From NCBI RefSeq assembly GCF_000143415.4, contig NW_003314262.1, positions 3,420,405 through 3,484,404 on the forward strand: a stretch of 64,000 nt of DNA. The letters are read 5' to 3'. Position 1 is the first letter of the stretch. Every line of letters begins with the position of its first letter. Below are positions 11,692 to 25,121 of the stretch, piece by piece. The translations under genes and the position numbers were made by a program. The notes under the pieces were generated by a model. That model made no database searches and was not told where the DNA came from. It saw only the letters and a list, made by a program, of their open reading frames with translations. Source of the stretch: Selaginella moellendorffii (taxonomy: Eukaryota > Plantae > Lycopodiophyta).

Positions 11692-13250
11692 ATGCTTTGG
11701 AAGCACGCCAGCAAACTTCGCTACGAGGCAAATCTTGCGATTGAAAGATATGGAAAAGTTGGCGCCGTCGCGGACGCGCAAAGGGTCTTTGACGGGATCG
11801 CCAGTCGCAACGAATACTCGTGGACGCTTCTCATGCAGGCTTATGTTCAGAGTGGGCATATTGGCGACGCGATGCGGGTGTTTGAGAAAATGCCGCGGGC
11901 TAATGTTGTTGCTTGGAACGGGATAATCGCGGCGTGCAATCGCAACTCTTGGTGCTCGGAGGCGAACGATCTGTTCTCTCAGATGCCGCAAAGGAATGAC
12001 CTATCGTGGAATAGCATGGTTTTTGCTTATGCCTTCGATGGGCATTTGGATATTTCCATTGAAACTTTCAATAAGATGCCTTGTTTCTTGGAACTCGCTA
12101 ATCGCAGGATTAGTACTAGCTTGGAGTTTTGATTACGCTAAGGCAGTTTTTGACGGCATGCCTGATCGTACTATCGTTTCCTGGGACACTTTACTCTGGG
12201 CATATTCCCAGAGCCGGCATATTTCCAACACGAAGATTCTTTTTGATCGAATGGCGCAGCACAGTCCCCTCTCGTTCGCAGGAATGGCAATCGCTTGCAT
12301 CAACGGCGGAGATGCAGCTTCCGCAGATGGAATCTTGTCCGAAATATACCGCTTCTTAGATGCTCCTGCGGGAAACTCTGTCTTAGTAGCATATACCCAT
12401 CGCTGGGATCTGGACCGAGCAAAATGCCTCTTTGACAGAATGGACGGCTGCGATGTGGCCTCCTGGACGGTGCTGATGCTGGCATATACCCACTCTGGGC
12501 ATCTGGAGCACGCAGAGAGAATGTTCGCCGGGATGCCCAAAAGAGATACGGTGGCTTGCAACATTCTTGTGATGGCCTACGCGGCTAATGGAGATTCCTC
12601 TCAAGCGATCAGAGTTTTCGAGGATATGAAAGTGAGAGACGCTGTCGCTTGGAACACGATGATCGCTGCTTGCGGCCACTGTGGCGAATCCAACAAGGCC
12701 GAGCTCTTCTTCCACAAAATGGCTCGCCACAACACCGTCTCTTGGAACTCGTTGATCGCGGCGTTTGGACAGTGCGGCCACGCTGAAAAATCCGCCGAGC
12801 TCTTCCGGAGAATTCCACTCCGCAACGATATGTCGTGGAGAGTCCTCGTTGCCGCGTATGCTCACAACGGGCACTTGTCCGAAGCGGTGGAGTCTCTCCG
12901 GGAGACGCTGCTCGATGGCTTGTCACCGGACGAGGCTACTTTCGTGGCCGTTGTCTCGACGTTGGGCCATGCCGGGCGCGTGCTGGATGCTCGGAGGTTG
13001 CTTGTCTCGATGGTGTTCGACTTCGGATTGGAGTTGTATCTGGAGCACTACGTGTGCATGGTGGACGGGCTCGGGCGGTCCGGAAAAGTGAAAGAGGCCG
13101 AGGAACTCATCGCCAACATGCCCTTTCTTGATACTGACATCGTGTGAAAGCGCTGCTTGCTGCTTGTCGGATTCACACTGACCAGGAGCGAGGAGCTCGT
13201 GTAGCTCAGCAAGCACTGAGACTGGAGTGTTCGGCGCCTGGAGTCTTGTC
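11692..13250 (+). pseudogene. PLS/E-class PPR pseudogene
   Basis: S-type repeats; frameshift near 12085 and a 1-bp loss near 13145 (the E-domain WKALLAACRIH is out of frame). Confidence 0.8.
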
Positions 13251-13386
13251 ACAGCTGATTTTTTAAGTCTTAGTTTTCCCTGCAGGAAATATCTCAGCGT
13301 GTTTCACGAGAAATGAAAACTCACGTTCTTTCCCTGTGTGGTTTTGCCAACTGAGATTCATAATCTCGTGGGTTGTGTCAATGACT

Positions 13387-14944
13387 TCACAAGGACACTG
13401 ATAAAGAAGAGGTTCCAGCGCTAGCGAGGTCGGCCCCGTCTGCATGACCACTTGTCACTGCATTGCTCAAATACAACAAAAGAGTACCTTTTAAAAATCT
13501 GGATAACGAGTCTGCCACGGCTGTAGGCCTCTCAACATGTGGTATATGACCGCAGTCGCTGATAATCTCGAGCCGGGAATTCGGGAGATCCACGAGAAAT
13601 TTCTGAAACGAAGAAAACACCAAAGGAAATAGAAAGTAAAAAGTAAAAAGACAGCGTACCTCGGCATTAAACGTTGGAACAATAGTATCCCGCTCCCCCC
13701 ATATCAACAGAGTTTCCTTGTCCACCTACAAACAACACAAACTGTATCAACTGCACTCGGTTTCGATGTAAATGCTGCGCGCACCTCACAACTACAAAGT
13801 CATTCGAGAGGCACCTGTGGTATTTGAGAGACGACGTTATAACCTCCACTAATCATGAAATCGACCAAAGCATCGGCCCATCCTGGCATAAGGCAGTGAA
13901 GTCTTCCCACCTGGCCGAGAATAAAGTGCTCCTTTTAGCCGCGAGAAAAACTTTGTACTACGTACCCGAATCAAGTCCATCAACGAGCTATAATTCAGGC
14001 CTTTGAAAATTAATAAGTTCGCATATGCACGGAGAGGCACACTCTTCAGAACAGCTGCCTGTTCATAAATGTTGTCGCTTAAGAGAACTTTAAGGAAGTT
14101 GTTTTCTTACCCCTGCGTACAAAAGCGATCTCGGAGAAGTGGTGAGATTTCCCAATCCTTCTGCATAGCCTTGAGCATCAATCAACACCAGCTTAGACAC
14201 CTGCAAACGAGAGTAAGTGTTTGCCTATCTTTCGAGTGTATATAGTGTACGCACCATCTCCGGATAAGTTGCAGCAAGCTCGATAGCAGCCGCACCTCCC
14301 AAGCTCGGGCCAACGACTATGGCTGGCCTTCGAATATGAGATCTCCAAAACTGAGGAATCAAGCTAGTTCTATATTAACTTTCAATTCGAGAAGCTTACG
14401 TCATATAGATGCCTCGTCTTTGCTTTTGCACCGTATGACGAAATCTTTCTCTCTGGCAGAAAGAAGAAACTTTATCGAAAAGTGAAAAAAAGGAGAAATC
14501 CAAAGTGGAAGAGAAAGTTACCCGACGAAGAAAATCCCCAGCCTAGAATATCCACAGCCCAAGGCTCAAGGCCAGCATCTTCAAGCAAGGGAAACGCCCG
14601 CCTCCATTCCAGGCAAGAGCTGATCAATCCCGAAAGTTGAGCGCTAAATCACAAAAGAAATTTACGAGCTAGCTCAATCTTACCTGTCGAAGCCATGCAG
14701 GAGCAGCAGTGGACTTGCATTGGATCGAATCACTCCCGGCGTGACACAGCTCGTCAAGATTGGCGAGGCGCTCAGCTCCGTCTGTGAAACTAGAGATTTT
14801 CCTCGCGAATTTCCATAGCTTAGAGCGCCTTACCGTCACTGGCAGCCTCTTGATCCTCGACGCCATGATCCGCGCAGCTTGCTCCTTCAAATGCGAGGCC
14901 TCCGGGGGCAAGAACGAGGGAAATTTCACCCCCAAGTCAGCCAT
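13387..14944 (-). CDS. Alpha/beta-fold hydrolase (multi-exon)
   Basis: Spliced motifs LLLLHGFD.SCLEWRR, AVDILGWGFS, VGPSLGGAAA nucleophile elbow, LLIWGERDTIV, DCGHIPHVERP. Confidence 0.88.
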
Positions 14945-15322
14945 AGCCGCGTCTCTAGAACCCTAGAAATTTAAAAGCTCTGGAACGCCCCATCCAACCG
15001 TTGAAGCTTACTAGAAGACGAAGCGAGCCGTCCGATGCTTTGTGTGGCCAACGTGACGATCAACGGGCTTGGACGTGCCACATCACGGCTCCAATATATA
15101 AACACCAGCAAGAGAGAATGTAGCGCTAGGGTTTTGTTTCAAACGTGAGTGCCACGGCTATGGCGGTGTCCAGATCGGGGGCTCTTGCTTCGTCCCCACC
15201 GCCCTTCGCAGGTGCAGATTTTCGATCTGTGGTAGATTCTCTTGCTGATTCGTGACCAGCAGAGCGATTCGAGGTTTTTAGGGCGTGGGAATCGGTCTTA
15301 GAATGCTCGTCTAGGCCATTCC

Positions 15323-16760
15323 ATGGCACGGACGTCGGTAGTCTTGCAGGACGATTCAGGGCAAGTGGTCGGGAGTCCCACATCCACGGCAACGCCTTCC
15401 CGATCTCGATGCATCACAGAGACTGTGAATGGATCTCACCATTTCACGATCCATGGCTATTCCCTGGCCAAAGGGATGGGCGTAGGGAAGTACATTGCGA
15501 GCGACACATTCACGGTTGGGGGCTACCAGTGGGCGATCTACTTCTATCCGGATGGGAAGAACACCGAGGACAACTCGCTCTACGTGTCGGTGTTCATAGC
15601 TCTGGCAAGTGAAGGGACGGATGTGAGGGCGCTGTTCGAGCTGACGCTTCTGGATCAAAGCGGCAAGAACAAGCATAAGATCCACAGCCACTTTGATCGT
15701 TCGCTGGAGAGTGGTCCTTACACACTGAAGTATCGAGGCAGTATGTGGTAAGTTTTTTTATTCTTCTTCCTTGAGTTGCATGGGACTAAAAAATGTTTTG
15801 GCTTTGCAGGGGTTACAAGCGCTTCTTCAGACGGGCCGTGCTCGAGACGTCCGATTTTCTGAAAGACGACAGTCTTTCAATCACCTGCACGGTCGGCGTC
15901 GTAGTTTCCTCCATGCAAGCCTTGAAGCAACACTCTTTGTTAGTTCCGGAATCCGATATTGGCCAACATTTCCTGTCTTTGTTGGAAAGTGGTGAAGGAA
16001 CGGACGTTAACTTTAACGTAAAAGGGGAGGCATTCAGTGCTCACAAGTTGTTACTGGCTGCGAGATCCCCAGTGTTCAAAGCGCAGCTGTTTGGACCCAT
16101 GAAGGACGAGAATGGTGACGTGATCGAAATCGACGACATGGAACCACCTGTCTTCAAGGTAAAGAGCTTCTTTTATACACATCTGACTGTTTCTCACGCA
16201 ACTTTTCGTCCCCTTTGTTTGATAGGCCATGCTACACTTTATATATAAAGACAGTCTGCCCGATACCAACGAGATGACAGGGTCTTCGTCACAGTCGACG
16301 GCGACGATGATGGCTCAGCATTTACTCGCAGCCGCAGATAGGTTTTGCCTGGATCGTTTAAGACTTTTGTGCGAGTCCAGGCTCTGTGAACAGATCACTG
16401 TTGACACAGTGGCGACTACGCTTGCGTTGGCAGACCAACACCATGCATCTCAGCTCAAAAATGTCTGCCTCAAGTTCGCTGCTTCCAACCTTGCAGGTCT
16501 GGCGCCTCAGTTAAGCTTTGCAATGTGTAGCGTGTTGTCTAACTCGGGAGGCTGGTTTGTTTTGTTTTTTGACAGTGGTGATGCAGTCTGATGGTTTTGA
16601 GTACCTGCGTGAGAGCTGCCCGTCATTACAATCCGAGCTCCTCAAGACGGTCGCGGGAGTAGAAGAAGAAGCCAAGGCTGGAACAAAGAACAGGACCGTC
16701 TGGACGCACGTCGCAGATGGTGGCGACGGATTGGGAAGGCGCGTGCGGCAAAAGATCTGA
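15323..16760 (+). CDS. BPM: BTB/POZ-MATH domain protein (BPM family), 4 exons
   Basis: MATH segment [44 protein letters not shown]; BTB segment [21 protein letters not shown]. Confidence 0.96.
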
Positions 16761-16924
16761 CGCTGCCCACCGGCGGCGTCAGTGAAGATGTTTCAAGGCT
16801 CTTTTTAGTGATGGAAGCTCGCCCAGGACCTCTACGAGAAAACCTCCGGTCAGTACACATTGAGTTTCCATTTTGTGAGATTTCAATGTGCTGATCACTA
16901 GGAGAAAGGTTGCTGTGTCGTTGT

Positions 16925-18910
16925 ATGATACAGATTTATAAAGGGCTTCCCTTGATGCAATTCTCCAAAGCGTACCAAGAGCCGCTCGACGATACTGTGG
17001 TGTGGCTGGAAAGGAAGAAGTGGGTCGACTCGGCGGTTTACTCGGATCTCCTCAGGAAGTGTGGAAGCTCGAAATCGCTGACGCTTGGGATACGTGTTCA
17101 TGCACATATCATCCAGTGTGGACGTGATCGAGAGACTTACATCGGGAACTATCTCATCGAGATGTATGGGAAGTGTGGCAAGGTTGACGAGGCACGCAGG
17201 GTGTTTGAGGCCATCCTCGACCGCAACGTTTTCTCCTGGAACTTGATGATCGCGGCGTATGCCCGGCATGGGCATAGTAGGGACGCCTGGGAGGTGTTCC
17301 GGAGGATAGACTTGGAGGGTGTGAAGCCGAGCAGGGTCACCTTCTTGGGTGTGCTGGATTCGTGTAATGGTGCCAGGGGCCTGGCAGCGGGACTGGAGAT
17401 CCATGCCAGGATGGTGGAGGGGGGATTTGAGTCGGACGTGGTGGCTTGCACTGCTCTATTGAATATGTACGGGAGGTGCTCGGGGGATGCAAGAGCAGCT
17501 CGAGCGGTTTTTGATGGTATGGAGGTCCGGGACTTGGTTTCGTGGAATGCCATCGTGGTTGTCTACTCTCAGAAGGCACAGTGTGAGGAGGCAGTGAAAC
17601 TCTACCGGCAGATGCTGCTCCAAGGTGTGCAGCCCGACGAGTTTGTGTTCAGCAGTGTCATCTTCGCATGCTCGGATCCGAAACTGGCCGCTGAGGGGTC
17701 GAGCGTTCATCGAAATGTGATGGAAAGTGGACTCGAGTCTCACGTCGTCGTCGGTAACGCACTGCTTCACATGTATGGGAAGCATGGGAACTTTGGGGCT
17801 GCAAGGCGGGTTTTTGACAGGATAGAGAACAGGGACGTCATATCTTGGACTGCGATGATCGTTGCTTACTCCCATTCTGGTCAGGGTCGAGCCGCCTTGG
17901 AGGTTTTGGAGATCATGCGAGCGCAGAGAGTGGAGCTGGACAGAGTTGGATACACAAGCGTCATTGATACGTGCACGAGCCTTGGAGCTCTGGAAGAAGG
18001 CAGGCGTATTCACTCGCAAATCGCGAAGCAGGGATTGGAAACCGACGTCGCGGTGGGAAGTGCGTTGGTGAACATGTATGGGAAGTGTGGTGACTTGGAA
18101 GATGCGAGAGCAGTGTTTGCGGGAATCGAAGGGAAGGATAGGTGCGCTTGGACGTCGATGCTTGGGGCGTATGCGCAACATGGTGACGGAGACAGAGCGT
18201 TCCAAGTCTTTCAAACCATGGACTTGGAAGGAGAGAAGTCCGATCCTATCACTCTGATATCGGTGCTTAGCGTTTGCTCCGACAAGTCCTCGGCCTTGTC
18301 ACAGGGAAAGGCAATTCACTCGAGCATCTCCGGGAGCGGGCTCGAACTGGACGGCCTCGTAGCTACTGCTCTCATCGACATGTATGCGACATGTGGGAGC
18401 TTGCGAACTGCTCGAAACTTCTTCGACGCTATCCAGGCCAAAGGCGACGTAGTGCTGTGGAGTGCTATAATCTCCGGCTACTCACAGCATGGAGACTGGG
18501 AAGAGAGCACAACACTCTTCCGGCTCATGCAGCTAGAAGGACTGGAGCCGGACAACAGGACGATCACAAGCGTCTTATCAGCATTTAGCCACGGTGGTCT
18601 CGTCGATCAAGCGACCGAGTGGTTTGGAACAATGGTGGAAGCTTGCGACATGAAGCCAGCAATCGACCACTATATGTGCCTGATCGATCTGCTGGGAAGA
18701 GCTGGATGTTTGGAGGCCGCGGAGCTCGTGATGAAGAGAATGCCTTGTAAGGCTGATACGGTGGCTTGGACGACGTTACTTGGCTCGTGTACCACTCACG
18801 GAGATGTTCACAGAGGTGCTCGAGCAGCCGGACAGATGCGAGATGACTCTGGAGCTTATGTTTCACTGCGAAACATCTGCATCGAGCAGAGCCAAGCGAG
18901 AAGAAGCTAG
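16925..18910 (+). CDS. PLS-E class PPR protein (no DYW)
   Basis: Uninterrupted P-L-S triplets (MYGKCG...VFSWN), E motif WTTLLGSCTTHGD. Confidence 0.92.
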   Translation: MIQIYKGLPLMQFSKAYQEPLDDTVVWLERKKWVDSAVYSDLLRKCGSSKSLTLGIRVHAHIIQCGRDRETYIGNYLIEMYGKCGKVDEARRVFEAILDRNVFSWNLMIAAYARHGHSRDAWEVFRRIDLEGVKPSRVTFLGVLDSCNGARGLAAGLEIHARMVEGGFESDVVACTALLNMYGRCSGDARAARAVFDGMEVRDLVSWNAIVVVYSQKAQCEEAVKLYRQMLLQGVQPDEFVFSSVIFACSDPKLAAEGSSVHRNVMESGLESHVVVGNALLHMYGKHGNFGAARRVFDRIENRDVISWTAMIVAYSHSGQGRAALEVLEIMRAQRVELDRVGYTSVIDTCTSLGALEEGRRIHSQIAKQGLETDVAVGSALVNMYGKCGDLEDARAVFAGIEGKDRCAWTSMLGAYAQHGDGDRAFQVFQTMDLEGEKSDPITLISVLSVCSDKSSALSQGKAIHSSISGSGLELDGLVATALIDMYATCGSLRTARNFFDAIQAKGDVVLWSAIISGYSQHGDWEESTTLFRLMQLEGLEPDNRTITSVLSAFSHGGLVDQATEWFGTMVEACDMKPAIDHYMCLIDLLGRAGCLEAAELVMKRMPCKADTVAWTTLLGSCTTHGDVHRGARAAGQMRDDSGAYVSLRNICIEQSQARRS

Positions 18911-18914
18911 CAGG

Positions 18915-19690
18915 ATTCCTGGCCACGTTTTGGGATCTCTGGTCGGTCAGGAGTTCGTCATCGTCTCGGAGATCCTGATGGAGCCTACAGGCGCTCAAGA
19001 CAGTGCAATTTTGAGGAGCAGGGCTTCCAGCTTCCCAGTTCTTGCGAGAAGATCGATCACGCCCGCACATATCCAGCTCCTGCATCACTCCATGATCTTG
19101 CTCCATCCTAGCGAGGATCTTGGCTCTACCAGGCAGACGAGCTATCGGCGAGAAACCGTCCATTCGCATCTCGTGGAAGAGCTCCAGAGCTCGCTGGCTA
19201 TCACCGCTCTGGGAGTGAGCCTTGATCATACTCGTCCACATCTCCCCGCAAGCTACGTACATGGTCGCCAGCCCCGTCTCTACGATTGGATCCGGGGTCT
19301 TCGAGGATGGACTGGTGGATTGCTCGTCCCTGGGAGAGCGAGCAGCAGGAATCCAGAGCGCTGGCCACCGCAGCGCTGCCCAAGCCAATGCCTTCCAAGT
19401 TGAGGCTGTGGAAGAGATGAGGCTCCATGGACTAGAAGTCTTCCAGGCCGCCATGCTTGCCGTAGACGTGGAGAACGTTGTGGATGGCTTCGTCGGGCTG
19501 GACGCCGCTGGAGTGGAACAGACCATAGAGCTCTCGAGTCTCTGGCAACTCTGGAAAGCGGTGGCGAAGCTAAAGGCGTCGTGCTTGAAGCCGTGGAGCT
19601 GCTGCGCGAAGAGGTGGAGATGCCCGGCTCGGCTGCGAGAGGAGAAGAGGAGGAAAGTGTTGGGATTGGCCTCGGCGGCGATGAGTGAGT
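18915..19690 (-). pseudogene. Degraded PLS PPR remnant
   Basis: Fragments in different frames: SQGRAIHQSIL, VETGLATMYVACG, WTSMIKAHSQSGDSQRALELFHEMRMDG, LSACRLH. Confidence 0.75.
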
Positions 19691-19699
19691 GCTTATTTG

Positions 19700-20840
19700 G
19701 ATGTCCTCACCAGTGGGAGAAGAATCGCTCACTTATGGTACTTCCTCCAGCTCCTGGAATCTATAAACTTTTTCTACACTGGTGAGGGTCATGAGCTGAA
19801 ATTCAGATGTGCTTCTGGAACTGGACGTCCGTTCTTTCTCTGCTGGAGTGATATACAAAATCCCACGCCTCAAACAGTCGGCCATGAAGCAACTCAAGAA
19901 AACTCATGGTTCGATCTTCTAAAGCTTGCTAACGCGTCCAAGTTGCTGGTACATATACTATTAGTCTAGCACTTCGATTGAGATGCCTTGATGAAGTCTC
20001 TAGCTACTCAGGATATGAACAATACTGTTAAACTGCCTAAAATTTAACTATCGGCTGCTTACCATTCAGATATGGGAGAAAGCTCTTCAGTTCTTTGCGC
20101 CATCCTCCTCTTAAATTTGCCGACTAGCGGTCAATCCTGGCGTCATCACTGTCATTGAGCGTTTTGTTACTTCCTGGATCGAGGAGAGATGGAGACCTTA
20201 TGCTTCGAGCGTTAGAGTGTGATCACATCAACGGGAAGTCGTCAATTGCCATAGCTTTGTGTTGGTAACAACTTTGAAGCTCGTTTTGAACGATTTATCT
20301 GATTGATTTTATTATCTTGCCTATAGAAGAGCCGCTCTCCCGTGTTGCGGAGGATGCTGGACGAAGTTCCTACACAAGATGGTGTTTTCTTGGGCAAAGG
20401 GTGTATCTCCCACTTCGTGAACTTTACAGGGGCCGTTTCGTGAACTCGCATAAGCTCGCACTCGGGCAGCTTGAAATGCTCTTGCACGCTGGTATGTTTG
20501 TGCGATATTGTGGCTCCAAGGTTTGTTGCTCCAAATTGTTGTTCACATTGCAGCTACTTGTGGGAGATTCCATTCATGGCAGCTGCAGTGGAAGCGATTC
20601 TAAGAATGAAGTCTAGTGAACGAGAAAGCAAAACAAACGTTTGAAAGGGGATAGTCAAGCATCTCAAGGCAATTGCTTGCATCAAGCCTTGCGCATAATA
20701 CTTGAGGACAATGAGCATGGTTGTAAAATGCTTCGCCAGGAGCATCAGTTATGATGGTGTTTTGCAAAGTGAGAAATACCTGCAGCTGGTTCAAACCCCA
20801 TCGGACTATATGAAACGTGCAGGCACCTGAGGTCAAGAAA
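19700..20840 (+). pseudogene. BTB-domain gene remnant, copy A
   Basis: Nucleotide similarity to 21280-21860 and 22970-23545; FFYTG, VVNCHSFVLV, QLEMLLHA. Confidence 0.6.
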
Positions 20841-21069
20841 CTGCTCGTTAACTTCTTGTAAGATTATATAGTTGTAGTGTTTCATTAATACACTCTAGAA
20901 TTTGCAAAATATATATCATATCTGTATAACATTAGAGAATCGCATTCGGCATACAAGTTTTGTGGCGGGAGAAGAGACGATGAGAAGTTAAATTTTAGCG
21001 TTGGAGGTCCTAATGTTTTAAAAGTATTCATATTCGATCTTAGTGAAGACATCTATTTCCTTTAATTGA

Positions 21070-23545
21070 GAATGATTTGAGGGTTCCATGTTTTTTTCCG
21101 TGAAGGATCGATCGCGTTTCACGGATGTGGCTGTCTTCTCGAAAGATAAAGCCGCGTCCTGCCGCGCTCACAAGCTCGTGCTCGTGGAACGCTCTCCACA
21201 GATTGCAGCGCATCTCACTGATGATACTTCCTCCATTCAACTCGAGGTGCCCGCCACTGTGCTCCAGCAATTTCTAGATTTTTTCTACACTGGTAAGTGT
21301 CGCGTTTACTTGTTACTGACGAGCATCATCTATTGAAATTCAGAGAAACTCGTGGAACTGGGCGTGCATTCTCTGATAGCTATATTCTCCGCTGGAGGAT
21401 ATACAAAATCCCAGGCCTCCAACAGGCAGCAGTGAACCAACTCATGGCTTGAACTGGCTCGATCTTCTAGAGCTTGCTAACGCGTCCAAGCTGAAGGTAC
21501 ATATGCTAAACAAAGCTAGCACTTTGATTGATCCATCGATGATCAGGCCTTGATGAACGATATTACTTTTCGAGCTGCTCGGGAGATGAACCATAACGTT
21601 GCACTGCCTGGCTATTCAAAGTTTAAGACCGACTACCCACTGCTGACAATTCGGATGTGGGAGAAATCTCTTGAGTTTTTTACACAGCCCTCCATGGATT
21701 ATTGCCGATCAACTGCGCAACCTGGCGTCGCCGTCGCCACTGACGTTGAACTCTTTGCTACTTCCTGGATCGAGAAGAAAGATGGAGACCTTATGCTTCA
21801 GGCCACCGCACAGCCACCAGATTGTGATCACATCGACGGGGATAGCTTTGTGCTGGTAAACTGTGCTATGTGCGGAATGGAGCCCCTCGGAGTCCACCAG
21901 GTAGCATGAAGAGTTCGTCACCCTTCCGTGTAGAGTTGCCAAGCTGAATCTCACTGGTTCCTTATCCCACCCAAAGGCATCGGAATTGAGCTTGAGTCTC
22001 CAAGAGACGGTGTTGCTCCTCCTCGGCCTCAGCCCGGTGTGCGTCCTCATCCTGGTGCTCTTCTCGCCGCTGCTGGTGATGTTCATGCTCTTCATGCTGG
22101 GGATCGCGGGGCTGGCCCGATCGAGGCGCCGGCTGGGGCGTCACAAGGAGGCGCTACAAGCACCACAGCACTGGCGATGGATTCTTCTGGGGCGACGATC
22201 TGGTAACAAGCGGGAATGAAGGGCTGGAGAGCGAGAAGCAGCAAAGGGTGAACCGAGTATCAAGAATCTCGAGGACCGCAGGCCGCTGGAAGCTCCATTC
22301 CTGGGAATCGACGACGCCTGGGCGGCTCCTCTCGATCCTTCCTCCTCTTGGGACGGATTGGACGATGACGACGAGGACGGTTTCTTCCCGGACAATTGCG
22401 GCACGCGCAGCGATGTGTCCGACCTGGGGGATGAAAACTCCGGGAGTCTAGAGGTTTGGCAGCAGCAGAGAATTGGCGGCACATAGCTTAGTTCCTGGAG
22501 CTAGGCTCAACTTCCTGTTCCCAGAGAGCTCTAGCCAGCAAACCATCTTGAGGTGTGCCACTTAAGTATTTGGCGCCATGCTTTGAGGACCATTCCCAGT
22601 ATTCTGCGGTGCTTCCCCAAGTCACAGCCAAAGATCTTGAAGAAAAGCTGTGGAGTAGCCGGAGTAGCTCGATCGATCCGTAAGCCCTGGAGAAAGCGAG
22701 AAAAAAAATTATGAGCCAGAAAGGATCACCAAAAGAAAGCGCTTCTTACTAGGATTCTTGCTTAGATCAAATATTTTTCCCAAGAGAAAGAACCTTCTGA
22801 TCCGTCTCCGATGAGAATGTGTCCACCCATACCCATCGGGCTAGCATATGTGGCATCCATGAGGCATCCAAATGACATTGTTGAACCAATAGAAAATTGC
22901 CACATGGACACTGTATTGCGAGTGAAATTTGCCACAGTAACATCCACTTTTTTACAAATTGCACGCCATAGGAAGTCGTCAATTGCCATAATTTTGTATT
23001 GGTAACGAATTTGAATCTCATTTGAAAGACCAATTCTATTGTCTTGCCTTATATAATATTATATAATAGCCGCTCTCCCGTATTACAGAGGATGCTGGAG
23101 TTCCTTTAAAAGATGATTGCTCTGATAATCTCCCACTTTGTGAACTTCCTTTACATGGGCCGTTTCATGGACTTTGACAAGCTCTCAATCGAGCAGCTTG
23201 AAATGCTTTTGCACGCTGGTAAGTTTGTCGTGCCTCCAAGGTTTTTGCACGAATTTGTTGTTTACAATGCAAGTGGCTCTGTGGGAGATTCCCTTCCCTT
23301 CATGACAGCTGCAGTGGAAACGATTCTGCAAGGCTCGATGCAAGAAATTGCTTTGAGATGCTTGGTTTTCCCCTAGGTTTGTTTTGCTTTCTTGTTCACT
23401 TCACTTCATTCTTGTAACTTGAGGCAGGCCACGGTTTTAAATCGAGCATCAATTTTCATTTCTTGAAAAGTGAGCAATACAGCTAGTTCAAACCCATCCA
23501 CAAAAACTCATCCGAGTGTATGAAACGTTCACGAGGTCAAGAAAT
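21070..23545 (+). pseudogene. Tandem-BTB gene remnant, copy B, interrupted at about 21865-22970
   Basis: FTDVAVFS...AHKLVLVERSP...QFLDFFYTG; frameshifts in exon 2; resumes GAAGTCGTCAATTGCCATA at about 22972. Confidence 0.65.
21865..22975 (-). pseudogene. F-box/PP2 (phloem protein 2 lectin) gene fragment
   Basis: ILIGDGSE|GLRIDRAT, SRSLAVTWGSTAEYWEW, VCWLE, TVSWRLKLNSDAFGWDKEPVRFSLAT. Confidence 0.7.
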
Positions 23546-23725
23546 GGTCCTGCGTCTATAGTTCTTCTTTTTAGATTTTGTAGAAAATTTAAGATTAATT
23601 ATACATGCTCCCCATCAGTCACAGTAAATGACACCAATCCGACGGTGGCGCTGGCTTAGGGGTCCCACGTGGACGGCCGTCGGACCGCTCGTAGTTTTCT
23701 TCGCAACAAAAGTCTGGGTCTAGGC

Positions 23726-25121
23726 CTAGGCCGGTGTACAAGTTTGACGTTTTGGGTGGTGGCTCTTTTTCTCCTGCTTGTGCAGCTCAATCACTGACAA
23801 GTAGTCGACAGTGAGCACCACTCGCGGCGGAGTAAAACCGGCGGCCTTGGCGAGCGCCTCCAGATCTTGCAGGCTTCGCTCCTTGCCTCCCGGGCAGCAG
23901 GATAGCATCAGCAAATCCATGGCCAATACGTGACGAGATCCCAAGTCGTATTCCACGCCGCTGGGCAGCACGGCATCCACGATAACGAGCTTGCCATGGC
24001 TGGCCAGCGATTTGTGACAGTTCCCAAGGATCTTAAGGCAGTCATCGTCGCTCCAGTCGTGAAGAACCAGCTACAAGCAAAAAGAAAGAAAAGCTCGCAG
24101 GCTGACTAAAGCAAAAGAGCAAGGAAGTCGTTCTTACTTTGATCAAGAACGTATCTCCTTGTGGGATCTCGTCAAACATGTCCCCGGCGACGTGCTTCAC
24201 ACCTATAGGTAGAACACACAAACTTTCCTTCTTAGGCCAAAGAGGAAAATCTAGGAGGATAAAATCTCCCCAAAAGTTCTAAGATCACGGAGGATAGTTC
24301 CTAGCATAGCGAGATATTCTACCAGGCAAAGGAAGAACGAGACCATCGCTTCTTCAAGGGAACTTACCAGCGAGCTCTGGAGCTCGGGCTATAACGTGGG
24401 GAAGATCGAAGTTAATCGCGTGCTGGATGCTGGGATGCGCGGCCAGAATGTCGCGCAGCGCGACGCCGACACCCCCGCCGACGTCCACGATCGTGCCGGC
24501 ACTGGCGAATCCCCGGTACTCGTCCAGGATCGCGGGCAGGAAGATCATCGAGTGATCGCACATTGCCGACGTGAAGAGGCGATCCAGCCGATTGCTGCGC
24601 GACGCGAGCTGGAAGAAATGCTCGCCGCCGTGCGCGAGCGAGAATGGACTAGTCTGCCCGCCGCTCAGCACGGCATCGGCCAAGAACTGCCACGGCCGCA
24701 TCAAGATCTCGTCGTGGTTGAGGGAGATCCACGGCGCCAGTGACGCGCCACGATCGTCCTTGAGGAGGAAGCGGCAGAGATTGGTGAGGCCGTAGCGCCG
24801 GATGGCCGCCGGGGCAGGATCATCGCGCTCGACGTCCTCGCGAAATATCCCCCTGCTCGCAAGAACCCTTAGAATGCGATTCAGGACAATGCCGCCCAAC
24901 GCCGGGCTTTGGCATCCGGGGATCCTCGCGACGATCTCTGCCGCCGAGAGCATCGCGTCGCATCCCGCGCTGGCGATGATCTGGAACACGTCCAACCGGA
25001 TCGCGGCAGTGAGCGCCATGGGGACGTTGCACAGCAGCCCCAGCTCCATGATTCGCTGCCGATCCTCGTCGTGGATCGTCCGTGGCGCCGGCCAGATCGA
25101 ATCGCGCGAGGCCATTGGCAT
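23726..25121 (-). CDS. COMT: Caffeic acid O-methyltransferase-like plant OMT; exons 25121-24368, 24202-24138, 24070-23726
   Basis: VDVGGGVG SAM motif, NFDLPHVI, GDMF, LHDWSDDDC, PGGKER; substrate not determinable from sequence. Confidence 0.92.

Noticed and set aside
23726-25121. Calling this the characterised lignin COMT or a biosynthetic gene cluster
   Set aside because: No adjacent P450 or other pathway genes in the window; better treated as a paralogue of unknown substrate.
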